From IMG/VR virus record IMGVR_UViG_3300032087_002150, positions 32,001 to 96,000 of that record: DNA of 64,000 nucleotides; one strand, 5' to 3'. The notes under the pieces are model-generated. The model was not told the origin of the DNA, did no database searches, and saw only the letters and a program-made list of their open reading frames with translations. Of this stretch, positions 1 to 9,397 are shown piece after piece. Positions within the stretch are counted from its first letter, which is position 1. Every line of letters starts with the position of its first letter. Position numbers and translations under genes: made by a program. This stretch comes from a virus.

Positions 1-1
1 A

Positions 2-400
2 AGAATTTGAAGTGGTTATGGGCGTTGTTCCTGTGAGAGTCTTTGTCTCACTGACTGAAAGAAAGTTCTCGTCCAAACCTTGAATCAATACAACAGCTGT
101 TGTGTCACCGATTGCACTACTCACAAGACTGAGAGTAGATGCTGACGATGGGAAAGTGTAGTTGCTCGCTTCTTCCCAAGGAGTTCGAAACTCTGTGGTA
201 ACGATATTAGCGGCACCTCCCGTAGTTCCAAAGATGTTACGAACTGAGTACCCTTCAACTGTTCCATCTGCAATAGGAATATTTGCAGACGAACCAAATG
301 AGTTGATGATATTGCCGTCTTTGTCAGCAAGCATCTGGACTTCATAGATGTCCTCGTTGTTGCCGAGCATGCGTTGAAATAGTTTGTTCCACTGTGCCAT
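2..400 (-). CDS. Hypothetical T4-like phage protein, partial (runs off the left edge); possibly virion-associated
   Basis: Not in the ORF track. Manually translated from ATG at 400: MAQWNKLFQRMLGNNEDIYEVQMLADKDGNII..., open to the window edge; starts 1 nt after the stop of the upstream ORF. Confidence 0.65.
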   Translation of the reverse strand, partial: MAQWNKLFQRMLGNNEDIYEVQMLADKDGNIINSFGSSANIPIADGTVEGYSVRNIFGTTGGAANIVTTEFRTPWEEASNYTFPSSASTLSLVSSAIGDTTAVVLIQGLDENFLSVSETKTLTGTTPITTSNS

Positions 401-401
401 T

Positions 402-1664
402 TTAGTAAACCTTTGCGTATGGTCCTGATAGTTCTGACTCGGATCCAGCATAGTTCACTAGACCTGAGGCGAAACGATCCTTATCTTTCTTTGACATTGA
501 TTCGACTATGGAAATAAGTTGGGTTGTCATGATCTTAGAGACAAACCAGTTCATATCTTTTTCCATGACTGCTTTATAAAAATCGTACTCGTCCATCTTA
601 GGTGTATCTGGACAAGCATTGTACCAATCGTAGAACTTTTTGATTGTTTCTTCGTTGCGATCACTAAGTTCTCTTTGAGGTATAAATGTTTTCGATGGTC
701 CAACGATCATATCGACCAACCCTTTGATCGGACCACCAGACATCTTACCCATGTTCGCGTTCTTACCTTTTAGTTCGCCCTGCCATGTAGTGCCGAACTT
801 ACGAAACTGCGCTTTCCCACCATTGAAGAAAAGGTATCCATCTCCGGACTCAAAGAATCCACGGAGACCAGTTGTTGTTTTTTCGTATTTGAACGTCGGT
901 CGTTCCCTACCCAAGTTCAGTTCTTTGTAAGTAACAGTTCCTACACATTTCTTGAGAGAAACACCAACGATATCCTTACTCTTAAAATTCTGAATCAACA
1001 TTTCGTTTAGTTCAACAAAAGTTTTAGCGGAAGTCAGGGGAACGTTCGCTCCTTTTGGTGTGGTCATCCATATGTCAGCAGGACTCCACTTATTCGCGTC
1101 GCCGAACGGTCTACCTGCTTCTCTGTTAAGCAGGTTTACATGCTTATACAACTTGTCGACCCAAGCAGAACCGCGATGATGTGTATAAGATGAGGAAGGG
1201 AACTTCTTCTTCAATTCTTCTGCCACCAACTTGGAAGATGCAATCCAGTCGTCTGGCAGTTTGGTTAGCACGTTGTCGATTTTCTCGTCGACGTCGTACT
1301 TACTGCTGGCACCTTTGAGTCCAGCATGAGTGTATGGTTTCTTGGCGTAGCAAGCAGCGTTATAAACGCATTGAGCAGACTCAGCGAGCTTGGTGATGTC
1401 AGAACCTGCGCCTGATCCCCCGCCACCTTTTATCTTTGCTTCAACGTAATACGTTCCGATTTCGGTACGACCAACAGAGGATGAACCACCTTTGGGGTTG
1501 TACCTTCCCCTCAACTTAGTGGCAATGTTTCTCAATGCACCCTCTCGATCGCCACCCTTTTCGAGTTCGACGACCACCGTGCTTCGAGTCTTGCCTTGCT
1601 TGAGATCTGTGTACCCACACTTGTCGAGTTGGATTTTTAGATCATCTGTTGAACGGATTGCCAT
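402..1664 (-). CDS. Conserved myophage protein, possible PD-(D/E)XK-like fold
   Basis: 420 aa; NKWSPADIW...IVGVSLKK motif; late promoter upstream. Confidence 0.5.
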   Translation of the reverse strand: MAIRSTDDLKIQLDKCGYTDLKQGKTRSTVVVELEKGGDREGALRNIATKLRGRYNPKGGSSSVGRTEIGTYYVEAKIKGGGGSGAGSDITKLAESAQCVYNAACYAKKPYTHAGLKGASSKYDVDEKIDNVLTKLPDDWIASSKLVAEELKKKFPSSSYTHHRGSAWVDKLYKHVNLLNREAGRPFGDANKWSPADIWMTTPKGANVPLTSAKTFVELNEMLIQNFKSKDIVGVSLKKCVGTVTYKELNLGRERPTFKYEKTTTGLRGFFESGDGYLFFNGGKAQFRKFGTTWQGELKGKNANMGKMSGGPIKGLVDMIVGPSKTFIPQRELSDRNEETIKKFYDWYNACPDTPKMDEYDFYKAVMEKDMNWFVSKIMTTQLISIVESMSKKDKDRFASGLVNYAGSESELSGPYAKVY

Positions 1665-1688
1665 AGATACCTTCCCTTTGGATGTATC

Positions 1689-1696
1689 TATTTATA
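1689..1696 (-). promoter_or_regulatory. T4-type late promoter TATAAATA
   Basis: Exact TATAAATA on minus strand about 25 nt upstream of the 420-aa ORF; gp55 is encoded in the window. Confidence 0.75.
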
Positions 1697-2135
1697 TCTC
1701 TTCTTCCATCCACTTCTTGAAGAGTTTTTCTTCTAGGCGTCTCGCCTCTTTCTCCCAAGGAGTGTCGTTCTCGCCATACTTACCTTTTCCGTAATGAATC
1801 TTCCTGCCTTTCCAACGCGAAACAGGCAGATCCCATTCGTCGGGATGCTGAGTAAGTTCTCTTCGGAGATACTGACGAGCATGCACTAATTCGTGTGCAG
1901 TAGTTTTGAGTTTATCTTCGTAGGAAATAGGTTCGCCGAACTGACGAGTCGCAACCTGTATGGAGATTTCACGAGAATCACCTGTACATAATCCAAACGC
2001 ATTATCTTCTAGTTCGCCGTAGTGCCACCTGAAATCAATCCATCCGCGAAGTTTATCAATACCAAGTTCTTCGCAGCACCATTCAACGAACTCCTCAATG
2101 TACTGAGGAGTCCTCGCATGATAATAGACCAACAT
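1692..2135 (-). CDS. Putative zinc metallopeptidase (HEXXH)
   Basis: TTAHELVHARQY plus PWEKEA third-ligand motif. Confidence 0.65.
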   Translation of the reverse strand: MLVYYHARTPQYIEEFVEWCCEELGIDKLRGWIDFRWHYGELEDNAFGLCTGDSREISIQVATRQFGEPISYEDKLKTTAHELVHARQYLRRELTQHPDEWDLPVSRWKGRKIHYGKGKYGENDTPWEKEARRLEEKLFKKWMEEEI

Positions 2136-2482
2136 TAGTATCGACCAAGGATCTTGTCTAACTTCCGTCCCATATCATAAATCTTACGATCAATGCCATG
2201 TTGAATAGAAGTTTCGATCTGCCAAGCAGTTCGATCAACAGTTCTCTGAATCACACGATCAGTCGCTGCTTCTACACGACCAGAACGGTCACAACTGTAG
2301 TGATACAGGGTGTTGGTGGATGCGCGATACGAAGGTTCGCGAGCAGATCCATCAGGTTGACAACCCTTGCCGCCATAAACAACTTTGGCGTTTGAGGGGA
2401 TAGTGATATCAGCACTGTGAGTTTCTTGCGAATGAGCGCCGATCACTAAAACTACAAATATTGCAAACAGATACTTTGTCAT
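2135..2482 (-). CDS. Secreted hypothetical protein
   Basis: N-terminal signal peptide; GGAGG RBS; both early and late promoter upstream. Confidence 0.6.
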   Translation of the reverse strand: MTKYLFAIFVVLVIGAHSQETHSADITIPSNAKVVYGGKGCQPDGSAREPSYRASTNTLYHYSCDRSGRVEAATDRVIQRTVDRTAWQIETSIQHGIDRKIYDMGRKLDKILGRY

Positions 2483-2501
2483 AGGATTTCCTCCTTTGCC
2501 C

Positions 2502-2575
2502 TATTTATAAGACTATTATGACTGAAACTGTATACAAAAGCAAATAGAAAAAAGTCATTTAAAATCAATGACTTG
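2502..2575 (-). promoter_or_regulatory. sigma70 promoter with upstream IHF-like box, plus late TATAAATA
   Basis: TTGCTT(2538-43)-17-CATAAT(2515-20); AATCAA-TGAC-TTG at 2563-2575; TATAAATA at 2502-2509. Confidence 0.75.
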
Positions 2576-2659
2576 TGACTGCGACCCCGTCTACACCGCT
2601 CTCCAAAATATGCGGTGGACACATCAGGACATCTCTACCATGCCCTCGCAGTCGTACCC

Positions 2660-2926
2660 TTACGTTTCCCTCTTTTGACCGGAACCCTGCTCCTTCCTTG
2701 TTAGCAGGTAATCTACGTGATCGAGATTCAACGGTTCTTCGTCGAACGCTCGCATCATGTTACACATATCTTCATACAACTCATCAGGTATATCACCAAA
2801 TGGACTTATAGGATTAGTCGAATAATATTTGACATTGCCCTTATCATCATAATAGATCTCGTGAATCTGATATCCCAGCAGGGGATCAGTCTTAGGGCGA
2901 TGCGCTATCCTGTAGTTCCAACTCAT
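2660..2926 (-). CDS. Hypothetical phage protein (MSWNYRI type)
   Basis: 88 aa; overlaps the end of the exonuclease gene. Confidence 0.6.
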   Translation of the reverse strand: MSWNYRIAHRPKTDPLLGYQIHEIYYDDKGNVKYYSTNPISPFGDIPDELYEDMCNMMRAFDEEPLNLDHVDYLLTRKEQGSGQKRET

Positions 2927-3581
2927 ACTGGTCTCTCAACTTCAAGAACTCACCTACCCATTCGTCACGGTGTTCGATGAATACTTGAGAATCTCCTTCT
3001 TGCGTTGTAATGATTGTGACTAACTGAGTCACAGGTATTCCAGTCATTTCTTCAAACATGACTGCGTATGCAGCTTCCTGCTTGAAGTAGTTATATATCT
3101 TAGATCGAGTCTTTCGCCTCGCAGCAGTTTTCCAGTCAATCACTGAAAGTTTGCCGTCATACTCGGCGACCATATCCACAGTACCTGCTGCTCGCAGATA
3201 CTCAGAATACATTAGTCCCTCAATCAACCTAACATTGTCGATGTGCTCATCAGCAACATCACGCAGGCGACCGAACATGTCGCGAGCGTTTGGCATTATT
3301 ACGCCAGTGGACTCTTTCCCTTGTATGTAGTCCTCTATCAAAGTATGGACTGACGTGCCACGTTGAGTTGCTTGCCGAGATATTTTGTTCGCTTGCTCAG
3401 CACCAACTCGGCGTCGCCATTCATGTAATGCCCTCTTGGTTTTCTTACAAGAGGAAAGGACGGTGGTGACAGAAGGGTACGGAACTGCCTCCCCATCCTC
3501 TTTTACATAATGACGTTTACCGTTGACGGTGACGCGCTTGATCTTGGGTAACTCGATCAAGTCCAAATTAAATTTTTTCAT
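2892..3581 (-). CDS. PD-(D/E)XK exonuclease of T4-like phages (Cas4/RecB-like)
   Basis: YPSVTTVL, RGTSVH, AGTVD...IDWKT and QEAAYA motifs. Confidence 0.85.
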   Translation of the reverse strand: MKKFNLDLIELPKIKRVTVNGKRHYVKEDGEAVPYPSVTTVLSSCKKTKRALHEWRRRVGAEQANKISRQATQRGTSVHTLIEDYIQGKESTGVIMPNARDMFGRLRDVADEHIDNVRLIEGLMYSEYLRAAGTVDMVAEYDGKLSVIDWKTAARRKTRSKIYNYFKQEAAYAVMFEEMTGIPVTQLVTIITTQEGDSQVFIEHRDEWVGEFLKLRDQYELELQDSASP

Positions 3582-3583
3582 AA

Positions 3584-3910
3584 CTAAAAAAGTTCGCCAG
3601 AGAAATCCGTGTTCAAAGTTTTACCAAGAATTCTTTTTGCTTTGCCAAGATGCCCCTTGTTGTGTTTAGACCAGTCCCGAGCATGAAGTCCATCACGCCC
3701 AAAGTCTGCTACTGCTAGAGCATACTTATTATTTAATGTGCGCACCATATGCACTTCTACTGGTGCGTCTTTCCAAGTAAACTCCCATGCCCATCTCAAC
3801 TTACCATATGCGTCGTGATCTGCTTGGGCGTCTTGTTCGAAATATGAAGAAAGAAGTTCTACTGCCACTAGAGCAGATGGGTTGACTTCTTCTATATTTT
3901 CAAGTTCCAT
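3584..3910 (-). CDS. Hypothetical protein
   Basis: 108 aa; abuts neighbouring ORFs. Confidence 0.55.
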   Translation of the reverse strand: MELENIEEVNPSALVAVELLSSYFEQDAQADHDAYGKLRWAWEFTWKDAPVEVHMVRTLNNKYALAVADFGRDGLHARDWSKHNKGHLGKAKRILGKTLNTDFSGELF

Positions 3911-4125
3911 TAAAGTAATCCTGCTACAACCTTAATCGCGTCAATCGCCTTGACTGCTTTGTTCTTAAGATCTTCTGTTTCTAGTTGATCTTGAATACGA
4001 GCGAGGTCAACAATATCTTCGACCAACTCCTCATACTCACCCTGAGTTATGTGTCCAGCGTCCAAGAGTTCTTTGTACTCCCGAACTTTTATTTCCGCTG
4101 CTTTCTGCCAAAGTTCTAAGTTCAT
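3910..4125 (-). CDS. Hypothetical protein
   Basis: 71 aa; start/stop overlaps on both sides. Confidence 0.6.
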   Translation of the reverse strand: MNLELWQKAAEIKVREYKELLDAGHITQGEYEELVEDIVDLARIQDQLETEDLKNKAVKAIDAIKVVAGLL

Positions 4126-4496
4126 TTCCTACCCCCGAAAACTTTAAGTGCTGCTTCAGAGGCATCAGCGATACTGCCTCGCTTGATCTTACAGTACACA
4201 TCACTTGGTTCTTCTTTTTCTGCTAGTTCTGACACCAAAGAGTGCAGGTCATTATAGATCCCTTCAATGTTGTCATTCAACCTATACTTTCCATAGAGAA
4301 CCAACTTGGCGCTCTGTCGTTTCATAAACTGTAACTCTCTAGGATTACACCAGTCTTTCGTTGGCATACCAGCAACGACTTGTATTTCCGCTAGAGTATC
4401 AAACTCGTTGTTATCGTACTTACTAGGAACCCATTTTCCAAGTTCCGCACAACCAACGATGAATGTTGTCGCAACTGCAAATACTAGATATCGCAT
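4122..4496 (-). CDS. Putative lipoprotein
   Basis: Lipobox FIVGC after a hydrophobic stretch. Confidence 0.6.
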   Translation of the reverse strand: MRYLVFAVATTFIVGCAELGKWVPSKYDNNEFDTLAEIQVVAGMPTKDWCNPRELQFMKRQSAKLVLYGKYRLNDNIEGIYNDLHSLVSELAEKEEPSDVYCKIKRGSIADASEAALKVFGGRK

Positions 4497-4500
4497 ATCT

Positions 4501-4635
4501 CTACCCCATAAGTAGAATTGCTTTCAAGTCCTTTACAGACCACCCACTCATCCTCGCTAGTTGTCGAAGGGTCACATCCCAGTGCGTATCAAAATAATCT
4601 CGCACCCTCTGTTCAGTCCAAACGCCTGACGGCAT
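4501..4635 (-). CDS. Small HTH-like hypothetical protein (44 aa)
   Basis: Manual translation MPSGVWTEQRVRDYFDTHWDVTLRQLARMSGWSVKDLKAILLMG; fills the gap between ORFs. Confidence 0.55.
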   Translation of the reverse strand: MPSGVWTEQRVRDYFDTHWDVTLRQLARMSGWSVKDLKAILLMG

Positions 4636-4638
4636 ACA

Positions 4639-4953
4639 TCACCTCCTCATACGGGCAAGATCTTTCGCTTGCTCGTCGTCAATGACAGGTACAGCGTTCG
4701 ACTTATGCATCGTCGCGATACCCTTGACCAGAGTCCCTGTATACTGTTTCTTCTCAGGAGCAGCGCAGGGACCACCCTTCGTACAGTCTACCGAAGCATA
4801 GACCTGACCTTCATCGCGACGAACAGGACCACTACGGGCAGTCATCTCGGAAAAAGCAGGTCGCTTATATTTAGCGTAGACCTCACCCTTGGGTTTACTT
4901 TTCTTGATCTTACGACCAGTAAAATCGTGAGACATAGAACCATAAATGCGCAT
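4639..4953 (-). CDS. Conserved T4-like hypothetical protein
   Basis: YTGTLVKGIATMHKSNAVPV motif; start moved to the ATG following GGAGG. Confidence 0.7.
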   Translation of the reverse strand: MRIYGSMSHDFTGRKIKKSKPKGEVYAKYKRPAFSEMTARSGPVRRDEGQVYASVDCTKGGPCAAPEKKQYTGTLVKGIATMHKSNAVPVIDDEQAKDLARMRR

Positions 4954-4974
4954 AGATGCACCTCCTATACTTTT

Positions 4975-5034
4975 ATTATGCCTCAATCAAGGAGGAAAAG
5001 CAAGAGAAAAAACTCTAGTAAGATCAACGACTTG
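4975..5034 (-). promoter_or_regulatory. sigma70 promoter with IHF-like box
   Basis: TTGCTT(4998-5003)-17-CATAAT(4975-80); GATCAA-CGAC-TTG at 5022-5034. Confidence 0.7.
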
Positions 5035-5635
5035 CTTCGTTCTTGTCCATAGTCATTTTCAAGTTGCCATAATTGAACGAGATAGCAACTCTACTCTTAT
5101 CAGGGTCAACGTCTTTTTGGGGGCGAACCTCATGCTCCAACCAACATGGCCAGCAGTTCAGTTGACCAGTTGTGGGGTAGTGGGTGTACAGCATATCTTC
5201 ACACCTTTCTCCTGGTTCAGAATGAGCAATCAACTGTCCATGAGGATTTCTGTATCTAATCTTAGTTGAGTTTTCGTCCGCATATGGATAATAGGTTCCT
5301 GCGACTAATGCGTATGGATGACTGTGTAATACATGGTCATCACCCTCGTTGTAAACTGAGAACCAATAGTCAAGGAAAGGTGGGCAATCTATTTTTCTTT
5401 TGTCCGCGAAAGTCTTGGCGGCATTCTTCATACAGTTTTCTAATGCGATGCGCCATGGCACTTTTAACTTCATGTACTCATTAAATTTTTTGTCATGATA
5501 ACTTGTATAAGAATTATGTTTAGCAAGAGTCTCCCTAACATAATCACTTATTTCTTCATGAGGCAAATCTACTGTAGTAAACAGTATAGGAATCGGCCAG
5601 ATTTCTTTAAACTCAAAATCCTTGATCATTCTCAT
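5024..5635 (-). CDS. Putative 2OG-Fe(II) oxygenase (TIGR02466-like)
   Basis: HVLHSHP...WLEHEV...RVAISFN. Confidence 0.8.
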   Translation of the reverse strand: MRMIKDFEFKEIWPIPILFTTVDLPHEEISDYVRETLAKHNSYTSYHDKKFNEYMKLKVPWRIALENCMKNAAKTFADKRKIDCPPFLDYWFSVYNEGDDHVLHSHPYALVAGTYYPYADENSTKIRYRNPHGQLIAHSEPGERCEDMLYTHYPTTGQLNCWPCWLEHEVRPQKDVDPDKSRVAISFNYGNLKMTMDKNEASR

Positions 5636-5900
5636 GTTCCAGATCATGTACGTGCAGAGCAATCAAGGCATAGTGGAGAACCTTCAGCAGATCCTTACGA
5701 TTCTTTCCTTCTTTGTTGCCATAACGCTGAGTGTATTTCAAAATGTTACCAAGGCAGAAACCCTCGCCATGACCACCGTCGATAATAAACTCAGTTGCTT
5801 GGTATTTGTTTTTGGAGTAATGCTCGTCGTAAGTTGAGTTGACATAATCTTCCAACTCACTGATCAACGCAAACTCATTATACCGATAATCAATTCCCAT
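5613..5900 (-). CDS. DUF3310 / T7 gp1.7-like protein
   Basis: HY...GFCLGNILKY..RYG.K...DLLK..HY pattern. Confidence 0.75.
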   Translation of the reverse strand: MGIDYRYNEFALISELEDYVNSTYDEHYSKNKYQATEFIIDGGHGEGFCLGNILKYTQRYGNKEGKNRKDLLKVLHYALIALHVHDLEHENDQGF

Positions 5901-6148
5901 CAGTAATCCTCACCATCTTTGTATTGAGTTCGAATGTCTGCAAGAGGATCAAACATTGCGTTCTCTTTAGTCTTACCGCCGATATCCTCAGTGCCGTCAA
6001 CAATGCGTTCCATGTATCCAATCAACGCACTTGCCATAGTTACATCTGCTTCTCCGCAGATTTGTTTAAACTGTGCATGCAGATACTCGGGAACACGAAT
6101 GTTAAACATCCGAGTGTTACCTGATCTGTAACCGTCACCTTTGCTCAT
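5900..6148 (-). CDS. Ribbon-helix-helix DNA-binding protein
   Basis: TRMFNIRVPEYLHAQFKQIC...TMASALIGYM; start reassigned to MSKGDG. Confidence 0.6.
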   Translation of the reverse strand: MSKGDGYRSGNTRMFNIRVPEYLHAQFKQICGEADVTMASALIGYMERIVDGTEDIGGKTKENAMFDPLADIRTQYKDGEDY

Positions 6149-6354
6149 TTGAATGCCAAAATAATCAGTATGCCCAACAATAAAATATTTGTGAATGCTA
6201 TCTCTACCGCAAGGATAGTATGATACCAAACCCACCTTGCCTGATAAACTTCCTGCACTTGTTCATTATCTGCACCAGGAAGTTTCTCAACGATAACAGT
6301 ATCTATAGGGTTTTTATCAAGGGGAGTTCCCAGTAGTTTCTTAATCCACATCAT
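6145..6354 (-). CDS. Small membrane protein
   Basis: C-terminal hydrophobic helix; overlaps both neighbours by 4 nt. Confidence 0.55.
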   Translation of the reverse strand: MMWIKKLLGTPLDKNPIDTVIVEKLPGADNEQVQEVYQARWVWYHTILAVEIAFTNILLLGILIILAFK

Positions 6355-6899
6355 ACGTTCCACCACGCTGGTACTGGTCGCTTTGTCCATTTGGAGAAAC
6401 TTGCCTTCGCTTCTCTGTAATAGTTTCTGTAGGACTCGATGGAGTCTCCTTCCACGATGCATTGAGGGAAGTGCGACATTGCTGGAGGTGGTTCGACAAA
6501 TGGTTTGTCGTCAATATTTTGAGGGGGACGAGATAACGCGACGCCAAGCTTCGACCAAGACATATGAGTTTTTCCATAGCGCCAAGTGTACTCCTCGCAA
6601 AGTTTCGTCCACAACTGATACAACCAATTGTAGTTATTCTTACTTTCGCGAACCCACGCTGCGCTGGGATGATTGATATGACTTGCTTTGTACAGTAGAG
6701 AATCCATAACAGGTTCGGGATGCTTCCATCTTTTGATTCTTCTGCCATTAGCAGTCTTGTCATACCACTCATCCCCGTCGAGTACACGATGTGCAGTCGA
6801 GAGCATCTGTGGATACTCGATGTCCATCTTGACACAGTGCTTGTCGTTGTGCTCTTTGGCGCACTGCTCAGGGTCTTCGTGTAAGTAAAATATATTCAT
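6351..6899 (-). CDS. denV: Pyrimidine dimer DNA glycosylase / endonuclease V-like
   Basis: MNIFYL...DKHCVKM..E..QMLSTAH, YKASHINHPS..W, YRNYY. Confidence 0.75.
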   Translation of the reverse strand: MNIFYLHEDPEQCAKEHNDKHCVKMDIEYPQMLSTAHRVLDGDEWYDKTANGRRIKRWKHPEPVMDSLLYKASHINHPSAAWVRESKNNYNWLYQLWTKLCEEYTWRYGKTHMSWSKLGVALSRPPQNIDDKPFVEPPPAMSHFPQCIVEGDSIESYRNYYREAKASFSKWTKRPVPAWWNV

Positions 6900-6905
6900 A
6901 GATAT

Positions 6906-6934
6906 AGTGTACCGCTATCTGCGATTAATGTCAA
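6906..6934 (-). promoter_or_regulatory. sigma70 promoter
   Basis: TTGACA-17-TACACT immediately upstream of the denV-like gene. Confidence 0.65.
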
Positions 6935-8037
6935 GTTTTCTTTTTGTTCCTTCTTTGCCATTCTACCCAACCCTTTCTCACTTTATCAGTTGGATCATCG
7001 GCAAGGTTGATACCGTGCCCGTCATCTTCGGGTTCAGATTCGATTACTTCCATGTCTTCCATTTCTTCAGCAGGAGGCAAATCTTCAATCTCTTCATACT
7101 GCCCCATGACGTTCGCCGCATCATCTACCGCACTAGGGGGAGAAGGTGCATGATCCCAATCTACTTTAGTCTCTACCACATTTGGTGGATCAAAACTAGG
7201 AGTTGGTGTTTCAGGCAGTAACTCTTCTACATCAACAACGTTCTCTCGGTCAACCTTTAGATTCCCATCATCGGTGAACATCCTAGACTGCTTACGGGTG
7301 GAGAAACCCATGGTTGCGGCGAGGAGGAGGATGACTGCGAGAGGATCGAATACAGTAACAAGAAGGATAATAACGAACCTAACAGCACGATCGAAATGGT
7401 TTTTAGCATCGTCTTCTCCATAGATTAACTCAGCAATATATTTAAGTGGCCCGACTTCAACTTCAATCGCCAGCGATTCTTGCTGGAGCGGTGAGAGGTC
7501 CTCTTGGATTTCGTCAATTCGTGTGTACGCAGCATCGATCGTCTCGTTGAGTGCTTGCCTCTCACTTGATTGACTTTCGCGTACCGCAATCGAACCTGTA
7601 GGGCCACGAATTCTGTCATACTCAATGAGTACAGAGACTTGTTGGTCCAGTTGCGTGAGAACCGTTTCTGCATCTGCAATGATTGATTGCTGGCGTGCAA
7701 TCTGCTTTTCCAAGTTGCTGATTTGAAGTGCATTATTGCCCCCAATTGATATCGAATGTTCCAAGTGTGCCTTCGACAAGAAACCGAAGATGCCCAAGGA
7801 AGTGATCACCATTAACACAAACACTGCTGATGTAAGATAAGTCTTCATCAACAGTGGTACTTTCTTCCAGTTGGCGTGTAACCATGCAGCAGTTACCAGT
7901 TTGCCAACTTCCAATACACCACCCATAATGGCGATCGCTATCGCCGCACCCGAGAAGATTGCCATGAGTCCTACGATACTATACCACGCAGCGACTCCAG
8001 CAATCGACAATGATGTGAGCAATGTTATCCAGTGCAA
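6931..8037 (-). CDS. Conserved phage membrane protein (TM-coiled coil-TM)
   Basis: Three N-terminal TM segments, LEVGKLV, ITSLGIFGFLSKAH, EVGPLKYIAE, VFDPLAV; TTG start. Confidence 0.7.
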   Translation of the reverse strand: MHWITLLTSLSIAGVAAWYSIVGLMAIFSGAAIAIAIMGGVLEVGKLVTAAWLHANWKKVPLLMKTYLTSAVFVLMVITSLGIFGFLSKAHLEHSISIGGNNALQISNLEKQIARQQSIIADAETVLTQLDQQVSVLIEYDRIRGPTGSIAVRESQSSERQALNETIDAAYTRIDEIQEDLSPLQQESLAIEVEVGPLKYIAELIYGEDDAKNHFDRAVRFVIILLVTVFDPLAVILLLAATMGFSTRKQSRMFTDDGNLKVDRENVVDVEELLPETPTPSFDPPNVVETKVDWDHAPSPPSAVDDAANVMGQYEEIEDLPPAEEMEDMEVIESEPEDDGHGINLADDPTDKVRKGWVEWQRRNKKKT

Positions 8038-8313
8038 TTAGTCCTCGCTTGATGACTCCACGATCATCCCTACCTTTTTCAGATCTTCTTGTTCGCCTGA
8101 CATTTTAAAGATACGACCATCTGCTGTTGCTACTGAAATGACCTTCTTCAACATGCGAACATTCCCAGAAGGGTATTTAGGATCTTTTGGATACGGCCAG
8201 CGAAACCCTACGTGGACAACTTCACCATACATTCGATCTGAGTTCAGACTGGGTTTCCAAGAAACCTTTCTGCCAGGAACATCAACTGGGGGTGGGATCT
8301 GCTTCTTTCTCAT
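8038..8313 (-). CDS. Hypothetical protein
   Basis: 91 aa in a tightly packed run. Confidence 0.5.
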   Translation of the reverse strand: MRKKQIPPPVDVPGRKVSWKPSLNSDRMYGEVVHVGFRWPYPKDPKYPSGNVRMLKKVISVATADGRIFKMSGEQEDLKKVGMIVESSSED

Positions 8314-8485
8314 CTTCTACCTCTACAATAAAATCACAGTTGGTGATAAAGTTGCCTGTGTTGTACGAATCCATCGTAGCAACATAACACTCGTGGTCCC
8401 CTACGCGGAGTAAGGGGAAAGATTCTCCTATCTTGTTAGCATACCACTTGCTGCTATCGTCACAAGAAATAACTTTTAGTCTCAT
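8282..8485 (-). CDS. Hypothetical protein
   Basis: 67 aa, coupled to neighbours. Confidence 0.5.
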   Translation of the reverse strand: MRLKVISCDDSSKWYANKIGESFPLLRVGDHECYVATMDSYNTGNFITNCDFIVEVEDEKEADPTPS

Positions 8486-8748
8486 GCCAAAAATATCTCC
8501 AAGTTGAAAGGTCGGGTCATGTACGGTTTTACGAATTCAGTAGGGAGTGGTTCGCGAAGTTCTTTGAACGTGCGATGCTTTTTGCTGAAAGGCAACAACT
8601 TGGTAAACTTCTCCCAATCTTTAGAACCTTTTTTACGCATCGCGATCAGGCGACCGCCATGACCACCCTCTATGAGATAATCATGCTGAGGAACTTCGTA
8701 ATCGACTTTCGAATACGTTGTCGTTTCTCTCAATATTTTCATCATCAA
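8482..8748 (-). CDS. Hypothetical protein
   Basis: 88 aa; ends FNLEIFLA. Confidence 0.55.
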   Translation of the reverse strand: MMMKILRETTTYSKVDYEVPQHDYLIEGGHGGRLIAMRKKGSKDWEKFTKLLPFSKKHRTFKELREPLPTEFVKPYMTRPFNLEIFLA

Positions 8749-8971
8749 ACCTTCTTGCTATGTGCTTTTGCCTACGATCATCCCAGATATAGTATAAACT
8801 AGGACGACCATTAATGTCAAATGATACCGCAGACTTGTAACCCATCTTCTCCATGTGCGGTGTGCCCTCATGAAGAAACTTCACAGGATCCGCCCATTCT
8901 AGAGTTTCGGTCGGGATAGTATCAAGGACTTCGCTTTCAGGAACAACGTCCGCAAACATTCGGAGCATCAT
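8681..8971 (-). CDS. Hypothetical protein
   Basis: Start reassigned to MMLRMF, overlapping the upstream stop. Confidence 0.5.
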   Translation of the reverse strand: MMLRMFADVVPESEVLDTIPTETLEWADPVKFLHEGTPHMEKMGYKSAVSFDINGRPSLYYIWDDRRQKHIARRFDDENIERNDNVFESRLRSSSA

Positions 8972-9309
8972 TAAAGATACTCCGGACCAGTCCAACGAAC
9001 CCAAGAGAAGTCTCCATCGAGGATGTTTCCTCGCGCTTGGTTGCGGGCAGGTGCTGCCCAAGATGCTGCTTTCAGGATATCGCCAGCACGGAACTTCTTG
9101 TCATCTTTTTTGACAATGAAACCCCAAACCATCTCTTGACTGCCCAACTTCTTGACAATCTTGAGATACTTACGACCTTCTTCAACGTGCAGGTTATCGA
9201 CCATTTCGCCGTAGTCGTTCTCGCTACCGTACTCACCACGGGCACGCCAAGCAGCGAAGTCCTTACCAATCGCGTCGAACAAGTTGTTAATAGCAATATC
9301 AATCATCAT
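8971..9309 (-). CDS. Conserved early phage protein
   Basis: EGRKYLKIV...WGF...GDILKAASWAAPARNQARGNI motif; directly behind an early promoter. Confidence 0.7.
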   Translation of the reverse strand: MMIDIAINNLFDAIGKDFAAWRARGEYGSENDYGEMVDNLHVEEGRKYLKIVKKLGSQEMVWGFIVKKDDKKFRAGDILKAASWAAPARNQARGNILDGDFSWVRWTGPEYL

Positions 9310-9336
9310 TTCATCTCCGTTATCAACCATACAGTT

Positions 9337-9397
9337 ATTATGCTTGAAACGGGTATCAAAGTAAAGTCTAAAAAACTTTAGGAAAATCAATAACTTA
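9337..9397 (-). promoter_or_regulatory. sigma70 promoter with IHF-like box
   Basis: TTTACT(9360-65)-17-CATAAT(9337-42); AATCAA-TAAC-TTA at 9385-9397. Confidence 0.75.

Noticed and set aside
2892-3581. Cas4-like nuclease as a sign of CRISPR
   Set aside because: No repeat-spacer array or other cas gene seen; this is a standard T4-like exonuclease
8482-8748. C-terminal FNLEIFLA as another clamp-binding tail
   Set aside because: Only a loose match, and the protein has no evident DNA-related function
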